Source: an uncultured archaeon (GTDB lineage Archaea; Aenigmatarchaeota; Aenigmatarchaeia; QMZP01; JAFGSV01). Taken from it: a DNA stretch of 32,000 nucleotides. The notes beneath the pieces were generated by a model that was not told where the DNA came from, did no database searches, and saw only the letters and a program-made list of their open reading frames with translations. Numbering within the stretch: the stretch's first letter is position 1; each line of letters opens with the position of its first letter. Shown one piece after another: positions 1 through 8,020 of the stretch. The stretch is from NCBI GenBank assembly GCA_964616715.1, contig CAZTRL010000004.1, positions 1 to 32,000 of the forward strand, written 5' to 3'. The position numbers and the translations under genes were made by a program.

Positions 1-544
1 AGCTGACGCCGTCGGTGCCGGTGTAGGCATCCCCGCCGGCGTTGACGGCGTAGACGACAGGTGGCGTGTCCTCCTCAAGAGACGCATCGAACTGCCATAT
101 CTGCCATCCTTCGTGGCAGTCCCACGAGCCGGCTTCCCTTGAGCATGAGTAGATGACCACGAAGTTCCCCTGTGCTGACGGCCTCTCCTGGGAAAGTCCG
201 AAATCGGAAGGCTCCATTGATATATCACCCGACACCGTTCCGTTGAGCCAGTCGCCGCTGAGGGTGTTGCCCGAGAGCTCAAAGCGTTCCCACTGGCTGC
301 CGGCGAAGCTGACATAGCAGTAGCGGTAGACGGCGAAATCGGATGTCGTGACACTGAGCATATCCGAATCGGCAGCCGAAGCGAAGCGGACGTCACGGGA
401 GCTTAGAGAATAGGACCCGGCCGGTTCCGCAAAACCCGAGTAAACGGCATGTGGGACATATCCCGTCAGAAGAAGTGTGCCCGACCAAGCACCGCATGCC
501 AGGAAAGCTGCGCATGCCGCAAGGGCCGCAATCCTTACATCCAT
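1..544 (-). CDS. Secreted protein, N-terminal part only (gene runs off the window at position 1); signal peptide, then the start of a malectin-like carbohydrate-binding region
   Basis: Absent from the ORF track because there is no stop in the window. My hand translation of the minus strand from ATG 544-542 gives MDVRIAALAACAAFLACGAWSG... and stays open for 181 codons down to position 2. The N-terminus is hydrophobic and signal-like. The last residues, VVYAVNAGGDAYTGTDGVS, resemble the start of malectin-type domains. Track ORF 393..590 is a different frame of the same DNA. Confidence 0.6.
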   Translation of the reverse strand, partial: MDVRIAALAACAAFLACGAWSGTLLLTGYVPHAVYSGFAEPAGSYSLSSRDVRFASAADSDMLSVTTSDFAVYRYCYVSFAGSQWERFELSGNTLSGDWLNGTVSGDISMEPSDFGLSQERPSAQGNFVVIYSCSREAGSWDCHEGWQIWQFDASLEEDTPPVVYAVNAGGDAYTGTDGVS

Positions 545-624
545 AATAAGATATTGGCAATACATCCTTATTTAGAACTTCACCGGGCACGCAGCGCGGC
601 GGACCCTACGGGGAGAAACGCGGC

Positions 625-1047
625 TCAGGAAGCGCCAGTGGCCCCGGAACCGCCCTTCAAGGACTCGACCATCCTTCTCACTTCCTCGTCGCTCATCCCA
701 TGGGATGCTATGTAGCCATCGCATATGCCTTTCAGCTCCGCCACCTGCGCCGGATTTTTCCAGTCGATGGATGAGGATATCTCGTATATGCCTTCCAGGA
801 CGTCGTAGGTCACGCCGTTAGTGACCTCGAGCTTCCTTTCATCAAGCACTGCCCTGAATTCATTCAGCGTGCTCTCACGGCAGCCGTTCACCAGATCCGG
901 CGTCACGCGTGACCTGAACTTCTCATCGCTAAGAAGCATGTAAAGCTCCGATATGGCGCCGTCGGATATGTGTACCAGGCTCCCGTAGGTGCCGTTGACG
1001 AGCTTCCCCATGGCGCCTGCTCCGGAGTATTCGCTGATTATTGACAT
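625..1047 (-). CDS. Hypothetical protein (140 aa), no recognisable motif
   Basis: ATG-initiated ORF with host-like codon usage. A TATA-like TTTTTTAAAA (1069-1079 region) lies about 25 nt upstream. It is divergent from the radical-SAM gene. Confidence 0.55.
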   Translation of the reverse strand: MSIISEYSGAGAMGKLVNGTYGSLVHISDGAISELYMLLSDEKFRSRVTPDLVNGCRESTLNEFRAVLDERKLEVTNGVTYDVLEGIYEISSSIDWKNPAQVAELKGICDGYIASHGMSDEEVRRMVESLKGGSGATGAS

Positions 1048-1135
1048 GAAACCTCTATGAGTAGCAAGTTTTTTAAAAGATGGCCACCATGGAACGCCTC
1101 ACGCCGTTCCTTTTAATAATGATGGCAGCTTATTG

Positions 1136-2137
1136 ATGGATATGATGAGAAGCCTGCTCAACATGTTCACCGGCCGCCCAGTCCTCTGTGTCTACGACCT
1201 CACGACCAGATGCAACTCGAAGTGCTCCATGTGCAGCATCTGGAAGAGGAAGGAGCCGGAGATGGAAATCGGGGAGATAAGGAAGGTGTTCTCCGACCTG
1301 AAGAGGTTCGGCATACACACGGTCTTCCTGCAGGGAGGGGAACCCCTCCTCCGGAGCGACTTCTTCGAGATAGCACAGATGCTCGACGGGATGGGCTTCA
1401 CGCAGGCCGTCCTGACAAACGGAATACTAAGCGACGGGAAGTTCCTCTCCAGGCTCTCCGGAATTAACAGGAAAGGAAGGATATCGGTCACCGTGAGTCT
1501 GGACACGCTGGACCGCGCGAAATACAGGAAGATACGGGGCGTGGACAAGCTTGAGACGGTCCTCGGAAACATCAGGGCGCTGTCAGAGCACAGGAACCTC
1601 CGCGGCAACCTGCACGCGACGGTGACGAGCATAAACCACGGGGAACTTCCCGCTCTTCTCGAGTTCTCGAAGAAGCTGGGTCTCGGCTTCAGCTTCAACA
1701 GCTACAACGACAGCATAAACTACGCTTCATCGAAGGACAGCGAGCTGTCCCTCGGGAAGGGCCCGGAGCATGTGATAGCGTCCATGGAGAAGGCGCTCTC
1801 GGGGATGCCGCGCATCCACCATCCATTCATAAGGTGCAACATGCGCTACATGAGGGGCGAGGACGTGGGAGCGTGCGATGCGTTCAGGAACTCGCTTAGG
1901 CTGACACCAGACGGAAGGCTCAGCCCCTGCCTCGAACTTCCGCCTGTGCTCGACCTCACGAAGGCCGACATAAACGCGCAATGGCCGAAAATAAGCAGGA
2001 TGATGTCCAGGAGGATAAAGGCGTGCTACACGCACACTCCGTGCTTCTACGGCTGCACGAGGGGCATCGGATGCGTCAAGAGAAGCCCCGTGGCCTCCGC
2101 ACTGGGCGCGATGGGCTCGATTGCCGGGAAACGCTGA
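1136..2137 (+). CDS. Radical SAM enzyme with a Cys-rich C-terminal (SPASM/twitch-like) region
   Basis: CNSKCSMCSIW is the CxxxCxxC radical-SAM motif, and GGEPLL is the glycine-rich SAM motif. The C-terminus has CDAFRNSLRLTPDGRLSPC (C..G-x4-C) and CYTHTPCFYGCTRGIGC. The track start at 1133 is TTG. ATGs lie at 1136, 1142 and 1145, so the exact start is uncertain. Confidence 0.85.
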   Translation: MDMMRSLLNMFTGRPVLCVYDLTTRCNSKCSMCSIWKRKEPEMEIGEIRKVFSDLKRFGIHTVFLQGGEPLLRSDFFEIAQMLDGMGFTQAVLTNGILSDGKFLSRLSGINRKGRISVTVSLDTLDRAKYRKIRGVDKLETVLGNIRALSEHRNLRGNLHATVTSINHGELPALLEFSKKLGLGFSFNSYNDSINYASSKDSELSLGKGPEHVIASMEKALSGMPRIHHPFIRCNMRYMRGEDVGACDAFRNSLRLTPDGRLSPCLELPPVLDLTKADINAQWPKISRMMSRRIKACYTHTPCFYGCTRGIGCVKRSPVASALGAMGSIAGKR

Positions 2138-2213
2138 GAAATCCGCATCCGCTGGCCACGAGGCTCCGGAAACATTTATAAACATTGTATCACGGGTATA
2201 AAGATTGGTCAAA

Positions 2214-2645
2214 ATGGCTGTAAAGAAAGGAGATAAGGTAAAGGTCGAATACGAGGGAAGCCTCGAGGACGGGTCAGTCTTCGACAGCTCAGACAAGCAC
2301 GGCGAGCCGCTTGAGTTCCAGGCAGGCGAAGGCCAGATGATAAAGGGATTCGACGACGCTGTCATAGGCATGGAGGAGGGAGAGGAGAAGAACATAACAC
2401 TCCAGCCCAAGGACGCGTACGGCGACAAGAATCCCCAGATGGTCCAGGAAGTGCCAAAGGAGAAGCTTCCCCAGGGTGCCGAGATAAAGGCCGGCATGAT
2501 GCTTGGCATGATGCTCCCGAATGGCGTGCAGCTGCCCGCGAAGGTGGTCAGCGTAAGCGAGAAGGGAGCCACGCTTGACCTCAACCACCCGCTAGCGGGG
2601 AAGGTGCTGAAGTTCAGGCTGAAGGTCGTGTCCATCAGTTCTTGA
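2214..2645 (+). CDS. FKBP-type peptidyl-prolyl cis-trans isomerase (SlyD-like, with an insert-in-flap region)
   Basis: GDKVKVEYEGSLEDGSVFDSS...PLEFQAGEGQMIKGFDDAVIGMEEGE and LNHPLAGKVLKFRLKVV are typical FKBP/SlyD blocks. The track start at 2205 is TTG and the first ATG is 2214. TTTATAAA at 2175-2182 lies about 32 nt upstream. Confidence 0.9.
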   Translation: MAVKKGDKVKVEYEGSLEDGSVFDSSDKHGEPLEFQAGEGQMIKGFDDAVIGMEEGEEKNITLQPKDAYGDKNPQMVQEVPKEKLPQGAEIKAGMMLGMMLPNGVQLPAKVVSVSEKGATLDLNHPLAGKVLKFRLKVVSISS

Positions 2646-2727
2646 GAACCTGAAGTAGACCGGATTCAAAGTATAAGAACAGGCAATGCATTATCTTTAT
2701 TGATAGATTCACGGGAGATGTGATAGG

Positions 2728-4014
2728 ATGAGATTCGAAGACCTCAAGATAAGGGAGGAGCTCAGGAAGAAGGCCGAGGATGCAGGCTTCGAGGAGCTCA
2801 CGGAGATACAGGAGAGCACAATAAACCACATACTCGAGGGAAAGGACGTCGTGGGACAGGCGGAGACCGGATCCGGAAAGACCCTTGCGTTCGCGCTCCC
2901 CGCGCTCGACAAGATAAGCCCGGGGAAGGGGTTGCAGGTACTGGTCCTGACGCCGACCAGGGAGCTGTGCGTGCAGGTCGCCGACGTGTTCTCCGATTTT
3001 GGCAGGCCGATAGGCGCTACCACGGCCACAGTTTACGGAGGGGTTGCCATAGAGCCCCAGATGGAGAAGATAAAGATTGCCGATGTCGTCGTCGGAACCC
3101 CGGGAAGGGTGCTCGACCACATAAGCAGGGACACGATACACTTCGACAAGGTGAAGTTCATGATTCTTGACGAGACCGACAGGATGCTCGACATGGGCTT
3201 CATAGACGACGTCGAGGAGATAATATCAAAGACCCCGAAGGACAGGCAGACGCTGATGTTCTCCGCGACCATCCAGTGGGAGGTCGAGGACATAATGAAC
3301 AAGCATCTCAGGGACCCCGTCATGGTCAGGACTCAGTCATACGTGGACACGAAGAAGCTCAGGCAGTACTACTACGACATATACTACCCGAGGGACAAGT
3401 TCCCGCTGCTGGTCCATCTCCTCAAGAACGAGACGCCCGGGCTGTCGCTCGTCTTCTGCGCCACGAGGGAGGAGGCCGGGATAGTCGCGGCAAACCTCCG
3501 CAAGCAGGGCGTCGACGCCATGGAGATACACGGCGGCATGACCCAGAACAAGAGGGAGAAGTCGCTGGACTCGCTCAAGAAGGAGGAGACAGACGTCCTC
3601 GTGGCGACCGACGTCGCGGCAAGGGGCCTCGACATAAAGAACGTCACCCACGTCTACAACTACGACGCACCGAACACCCCTAAGGAGTACATACACAGGA
3701 TAGGCAGGACGGCCAGGGCAGGCGAGGCGGGAACTGCGGTCACGCTCCTCGCGCCGAGGGACCACGACAACTTCCGCAGGATACTCCAGGACGACGGCAT
3801 AGAGATACCGAGAGAGGAGATCCCATACTTCAAGAAGGTGCCGTTCTTCCGGGACCTGCTCGGGGAGAACGACTTCCCGAGGAGGCGCGGCGGATTCGGC
3901 GGAAGGGGAAGGCCTGGTGGAGGCTTCAGGGGAAGCAGAGGCCCAAGGCCCGGCAGCGGAAGGAGCGGGGGCTTCAGGGGACACAGAAGCGGCCGCAGGG
4001 GCAACAGGAACTAG
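2728..4014 (+). CDS. DEAD-box family ATP-dependent RNA helicase with a C-terminal RGG-rich tail
   Basis: The helicase motifs appear in order: Q (FEELTEIQ), I (AETGSGKT), Ia (PTRELC), Ib (TPGR), II (DETD instead of DEAD), III (SAT), V (ATDVAARGLD) and VI (HRIGRTARAG). The last 44 aa are RRRGGFGGRGRPGGGFRGSRGPRPGSGRSGGFRGHRSGRRGNRN. Confidence 0.95.
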   Translation: MRFEDLKIREELRKKAEDAGFEELTEIQESTINHILEGKDVVGQAETGSGKTLAFALPALDKISPGKGLQVLVLTPTRELCVQVADVFSDFGRPIGATTATVYGGVAIEPQMEKIKIADVVVGTPGRVLDHISRDTIHFDKVKFMILDETDRMLDMGFIDDVEEIISKTPKDRQTLMFSATIQWEVEDIMNKHLRDPVMVRTQSYVDTKKLRQYYYDIYYPRDKFPLLVHLLKNETPGLSLVFCATREEAGIVAANLRKQGVDAMEIHGGMTQNKREKSLDSLKKEETDVLVATDVAARGLDIKNVTHVYNYDAPNTPKEYIHRIGRTARAGEAGTAVTLLAPRDHDNFRRILQDDGIEIPREEIPYFKKVPFFRDLLGENDFPRRRGGFGGRGRPGGGFRGSRGPRPGSGRSGGFRGHRSGRRGNRN

Positions 4015-4053
4015 ACTCCTGAGATAACCCCGGCGCAGCGAAACTCCCGCGCA

Positions 4054-4470
4054 TCACTTGATTATCTCTTTCGTGTGGTAGAATGTATCTATCCTCGACA
4101 GGCCCGGCAGGTTGCCGGGGTTGTGAGGCATGTCGTCAATCCTCACCCTGCTCTTCTCCAGTTCCGCCTCGAACTGCTTTCGCTCGTCGAAGGTCTCGAG
4201 GTTCTTGTCTCTCTCGTAGGCGTGGATCTTCTCCTTCGCCGCGTCGGTGAGCGCGAACCCGCCCGGGACCTTCTCGAATATCCCGTTCTCCAGGAGCCCT
4301 TCCTCGTCGTAATCAGGGCTTATGGCATCGAAGACGGCCCACTCGCCGTTGCGCTGGCTGTTCTGCATGAAGGTCTCGGCCATCAGCTGATGCTTGTAAT
4401 TGCCGAATATGGAGAAATAGCTGTGCCTGGTGTTGAACAGCGGCGCGAAGTCACCTGGCTTGTATTCCAT
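4054..4470 (-). CDS. Hypothetical protein (138 aa)
   Basis: The track ORF starts at a TTG (4491). The first ATG is at 4470 (MEYKPGDF...), with CTTTAAAAAAG (4491-4503, minus strand) 22-33 nt upstream. No known motif recognised. Confidence 0.55.
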   Translation of the reverse strand: MEYKPGDFAPLFNTRHSYFSIFGNYKHQLMAETFMQNSQRNGEWAVFDAISPDYDEEGLLENGIFEKVPGGFALTDAAKEKIHAYERDKNLETFDERKQFEAELEKSRVRIDDMPHNPGNLPGLSRIDTFYHTKEIIK

Positions 4471-4516
4471 GATAGGAAGTATGTGAGACAACTTTTTTAA
4501 AGGATGCAGCCGGCAT

Positions 4517-4966
4517 TCATGGGCTTTCGCCGGAGAAGCGCTCGAGCTCTCCTGAGAGCAGGAGCTCGGTGACGCTCTTCATGGCTGCCGCGACTGCCGG
4601 GGACATGCGGTCCCCGAGCTGCATGCTCCTCGGCTGGATGCCTATGAAGACCACCCTCCCGGAGAGCTCCTCCAGGTACTCCACGAGGTGCATCAGCGGC
4701 ATGCCATGAGTTCCGGACGAGTCGGAACCGAGCTTCTCCTTCGGAAGGATCCTGAACTCGCCGGGAAACCCCCCGAAGTCAGCGGCGTCGACTATGACAA
4801 CGAGCTCCGGCCGCTCCCTCCTTATCACAGACGTGAAGCCCTCTGGAACGGTCCCGCAGGCTATCGAGAGCCAGCCTTCAGCCCTGAAGCCCCTGGCTAT
4901 GAGGTGACCCACCGCGTCGTCCCCCTTCAGCTCGTTTCCTATTCCCATGAGGATGCGTTTCGCCAT
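4517..4966 (-). CDS. hycI: NiFe-hydrogenase maturation endopeptidase (HycI/HybD family)
   Basis: ILMGIGNELKGDDAVG, VVIVDAADFG and GTHGMPL match the conserved Asp/Asp/His metal-site blocks of the family. It lies directly downstream of hypA. An alternative GTG start at 4975 overlaps the hypA stop (GTGA). Confidence 0.85.
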   Translation of the reverse strand: MAKRILMGIGNELKGDDAVGHLIARGFRAEGWLSIACGTVPEGFTSVIRRERPELVVIVDAADFGGFPGEFRILPKEKLGSDSSGTHGMPLMHLVEYLEELSGRVVFIGIQPRSMQLGDRMSPAVAAAMKSVTELLLSGELERFSGESP

Positions 4967-4971
4967 GCGAA

Positions 4972-5352
4972 TCACTCCGTGACCCTGACATCCTTAACCT
5001 CGCACTCGTTGCCGCTCACCAGCTCGTAGTCGTCAGAGCCGCACTTCGGGCAGTTCATGACGTATACGCCGTGATGGGCACTGTCCTCGTCGGTGTGGAC
5101 GGACTCTACAGGGCCCTCGAAGCCGCAGCTGCACTTTATCCTGGGCTCTATTATCCGTATGTCCGCTTTTACCTTCAGCTTCTCCCCGAACTCCTTCTTC
5201 AGGAGCTCGTCTAGCCAGAACTCGACCTGCGAGGTGTCGTGGAAGCGCAGCTTCCCCACCTGCATGGATATCTCTATCCTCTTCGGCTTCCTGCCCTTCA
5301 GCTTCTCTATTATCTGCCCGGCCACGGACTGGGCGACTGAAATGTCGTGCAT
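4972..5352 (-). CDS. hypA: Hydrogenase nickel-insertion protein HypA
   Basis: The N-terminus is MHD (the canonical Ni-binding motif is MHE). Zinc-site cysteines are C74-x-C76 and C101-x2-C104 (KCSCG ... CPKCGS). Size is 126 aa, and it sits next to hydrogenase genes. Confidence 0.85.
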   Translation of the reverse strand: MHDISVAQSVAGQIIEKLKGRKPKRIEISMQVGKLRFHDTSQVEFWLDELLKKEFGEKLKVKADIRIIEPRIKCSCGFEGPVESVHTDEDSAHHGVYVMNCPKCGSDDYELVSGNECEVKDVRVTE

Positions 5353-5440
5353 ATCCCAAATAAAGGCGTGCTGTCCTTAAAAAATGATTTTCCGGCTTCA
5401 TTTATCAGTGGGCGGCCACAAGAATATACTAAGTGGTCCG
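5353..5440. promoter_or_regulatory. Divergent promoter region between hypA-hycI and hydBGDA
   Basis: An 88-bp spacer contains A/T boxes: CCTTAAAAAATG (5376-5387) about 25-35 nt from the hypA ATG, and TTTATCAG (5401-5408) and AATATACT (5423-5430) upstream of the hydB ATG at 5441. Confidence 0.5.
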
Positions 5441-6451
5441 ATGCTTACACGGAGCTTCTACACACTCCAGAAGAAGGACTTGGGCGCATTCGCCGACTCG
5501 CTCTGCTCCGGGATGGACGTCTTCGTCCCCGAAAGCGATGGCAGGAACTTCAACTTCAGGAGACACGAGAAGGGGGAATCCATAGACCTGCGCGGCTACG
5601 TCAACACGGAGTTCCCGCCCAAGAGCCTCCTCATGCCCGAGGGGGACGCGGTCATCGAGTACAGCGGCAGCAGGATATGCGAGAAGTTCGACGGCGCCAA
5701 GCGGGCCATCATCGGCATAAGGCCGTGCGACATACACGCCGTGATGGTTCTGGACAGGGTGATGCTGGGCCACGACAACGTCGAGGGCCACTACGAGAGC
5801 AGGAGGAACGGCACCATACTCATAGGGATGAGATGCACCAAGGCCGGGGAGAACTGCTTCTGCGAGTCGATGGGCACGTCCGACGTCGACGACGCATACG
5901 ACATGATGCTCACTGACCACGGGAGCTACTTCCACGTCGAGGCGGCGAGCCCCGAGGGCCATAGGATAGCGAAGGCGTCGAGGCTCATGAGGAAGACCTC
6001 CGAGAAGGCCAGGAAGAGGAAGATAAGGTGCTCAAAGAGGCTGGACACCGAGGGGCTCCCAGGCATCCTCCGCAGGGCCGAGAAGAGCAGGATATGGCGC
6101 GAGGTGGCGGAGAGGTGCCTTTCCTGCGCATCGTGCACATTCTCCTGCCCGACGTGCTACTGCTTCAGCTTCAGGCACGAGGCCTCCATACCCGACACCA
6201 GCAAGGGGAAGGTCGTGACTGAGGCTGACTACTGCATGCTTCCCAGGTTCTCGATGATATCCGGCAACTACGTGTTCCGCCAGCAGAGGTCTGAGCGGTT
6301 CCGGCAGTTCTTCTACCACAAGCTCCTCTACGGGAAGGAGAACGAGGGCAAGCACCACTGCGTAGGGTGCGGAAGGTGCATAACCGAGTGCATGGCGAAG
6401 ATCGACATAACGGAAGAGGCGGCGAAGGTGAGGAAGGCATATGAGAAGTGA
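5441..6451 (+). CDS. hydB: Sulfhydrogenase-type NiFe hydrogenase, beta (Fe-S) subunit
   Basis: Two ferredoxin-type motifs, CLSCASCTFSCPTCYC and CVGCGRCITEC. It is first in a four-gene B-G-D-A order, as in Pyrococcus sulfhydrogenase. The ATG at 5441 is preferred over the track start at 5384, which would leave no room for a promoter. Confidence 0.8.
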   Translation: MLTRSFYTLQKKDLGAFADSLCSGMDVFVPESDGRNFNFRRHEKGESIDLRGYVNTEFPPKSLLMPEGDAVIEYSGSRICEKFDGAKRAIIGIRPCDIHAVMVLDRVMLGHDNVEGHYESRRNGTILIGMRCTKAGENCFCESMGTSDVDDAYDMMLTDHGSYFHVEAASPEGHRIAKASRLMRKTSEKARKRKIRCSKRLDTEGLPGILRRAEKSRIWREVAERCLSCASCTFSCPTCYCFSFRHEASIPDTSKGKVVTEADYCMLPRFSMISGNYVFRQQRSERFRQFFYHKLLYGKENEGKHHCVGCGRCITECMAKIDITEEAAKVRKAYEK

Positions 6452-7277
6452 CATGAAGACGTACGCGCCCATGGAAGCCAGGATAGCGTCAGTGAGGCAG
6501 GAGACAGGGACAATAAGGACTTTCAGGCTCAGGTTCCGGAAGGCGGCCGACCGGAAGAGGTTCTCGTTCATGCCGGGCCAGTTCGGGCTGTTCTCTGTGA
6601 TGGGCGTCGGGGAGGCGACGTTCTCCATGTGCTCCCCGCCCTCGGGGGACGCGATAGAGATAAGCGTGAGGAACGTCGGCAATACCACGAACGCGATGTT
6701 CTCGATGAGGAAGGGCGACACGATAGGTGTCAGGGGACCCTACGGGCACGGCTACCCCATGGACGGGCTGGCCGGAAAGGACTTGATACTCGTGGCAGGG
6801 GGCATAGGATTCCCCCCGCTCGCATCGGTGATGGAGTACGCCATCAAGAGGAGGAAGTCATTCGGCGACATAACTCTCATTTACGGAGTGAAGGACATGG
6901 GCGACATAATCTACAGGGACAGGGCGGAGAGGTGGGGCAGGTCCCCCGGAGTCACGGTAATAACGACCGTCGAGGAGAAATGCAGGGAATGGCACGGCTG
7001 CACCGGGCTCGTGACCAAGGCGCTTGAGAAGCTCAGGATAGACGCGGGCAGAACCGCGGGACTCTCATGCGGGCCTCCGGTCATGCTTCGCTTCGTCTCC
7101 GCCGACTTCACGGGACTCGGCATACCCGCCGACCGGATATACCTGTCGCTCGAAAGGCTGATGCAGTGCGGGATAGGCAAGTGCGGCCACTGCAACATAG
7201 GCGACAAGTACGTCTGCAGGGACGGCCCGGTGTTCCAGCTTTCCGAGCTTCGCCGGATGAAGGAGGACGCATGGTAG
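6441..7277 (+). CDS. hydG: Sulfhydrogenase-type hydrogenase, gamma subunit (FNR-like FAD/NAD(P)-binding, 2Fe-2S)
   Basis: Flavoprotein-reductase blocks (RTFRLRF, GQFGLFSV, LVAGGIGFPP) and the C-terminal cluster motif CGIGKCGHCNIGDKYVCRDGPVF. It overlaps the hydB stop by 11 nt. Confidence 0.85.
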   Translation: MRSDMKTYAPMEARIASVRQETGTIRTFRLRFRKAADRKRFSFMPGQFGLFSVMGVGEATFSMCSPPSGDAIEISVRNVGNTTNAMFSMRKGDTIGVRGPYGHGYPMDGLAGKDLILVAGGIGFPPLASVMEYAIKRRKSFGDITLIYGVKDMGDIIYRDRAERWGRSPGVTVITTVEEKCREWHGCTGLVTKALEKLRIDAGRTAGLSCGPPVMLRFVSADFTGLGIPADRIYLSLERLMQCGIGKCGHCNIGDKYVCRDGPVFQLSELRRMKEDAW

Positions 7278-8020
7278 GAAGGAAGCCGAAGGTCGCATTC
7301 TTCGGCATGACGTCGTGCAAGGGATGCTACTTCCAGCTGCTGCTCGCAAACGAGAGGCTGAGGGACATATTCGGCAGCATCGACATAGCAGACTTCTGGA
7401 TGCTCAACGAGAAGCCCGCATCGGGGGACTACGACATAGCGTTCATAGACGGCGCGGTGTCCAACGGCGAGAACGCGGAGCTCGTGGCCCGCGTCAGGGA
7501 GAAGGCGAAGTTCGTCATAGCCTACGGCGCGTGCGCGTGCCTCGGCGGCATACCGTCGCTTAGAAACGACGACGAGAAGACGCACAAGGCGTACCACAGG
7601 AAGGTCTACGGAAGGGACATAGAGATAAAGTCATACCCCCACGCCGAGCCCGTCCACAAGTACATCCACGTCGACTACGAGATGCACGGGTGCCCTGTGA
7701 ACGAGCAGGAGGTCCTGGAGGTCGTCAGGGACCTCTTGGTCGGCAGGAAGCCGCGGGAGCCGGAGCAGCCCGTGTGCGTCGACTGCAAGAAGAGGGGGAC
7801 CAGCTGCCTGTTCAAGGAGGGCGTGCCGTGCCTCGGGCCTGTCACCCGCGGCGGCTGCGGTGCCCCCTGTCCCGCAAGCAGGACGGCCTGCGACGGCTGC
7901 AGGGGACCGCTCCCCGATGCCAACTGGAAGTCCGAGGCGAAACTGCTCAGGGAGCACGGGATAAGCGCGAAGGACATTGACTTCATGTTCAGGAAGTATT
8001 CGAGGGAGGCGGGAAGATGA
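7271..8020 (+). CDS. hydD: NiFe hydrogenase small (delta) subunit
   Basis: In-frame ATG at 7271 (MVGRKPKVAFFGMTSCKGCYF...) overlaps the hydG stop. Proximal-cluster blocks are SCKGC, GACACLGGIP and HGCP. A distal Cys-rich region is also present (CVDCKKRGTSC...CLGPVTRGGCGAPCP). The track ORF's upstream extension from 7067 lies inside hydG. Confidence 0.85.
   Translation: MVGRKPKVAFFGMTSCKGCYFQLLLANERLRDIFGSIDIADFWMLNEKPASGDYDIAFIDGAVSNGENAELVARVREKAKFVIAYGACACLGGIPSLRNDDEKTHKAYHRKVYGRDIEIKSYPHAEPVHKYIHVDYEMHGCPVNEQEVLEVVRDLLVGRKPREPEQPVCVDCKKRGTSCLFKEGVPCLGPVTRGGCGAPCPASRTACDGCRGPLPDANWKSEAKLLREHGISAKDIDFMFRKYSREAGR

Noticed and set aside
393-590. 65-aa track ORF at the left edge
   Set aside because: It is a different frame of the 5' end of the real gene. 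The frame starting at ATG 544 gives a proper signal peptide and stays open to the window edge, whereas this one stops at 393.
3337-4004. Minus-strand ORFs (215 aa, 114 aa) opposite the 3' half of the helicase gene
   Set aside because: They are the antisense reading of the helicase and of its RGG-coding repeats, which yields P/L/R-rich strings. They have no independent support.
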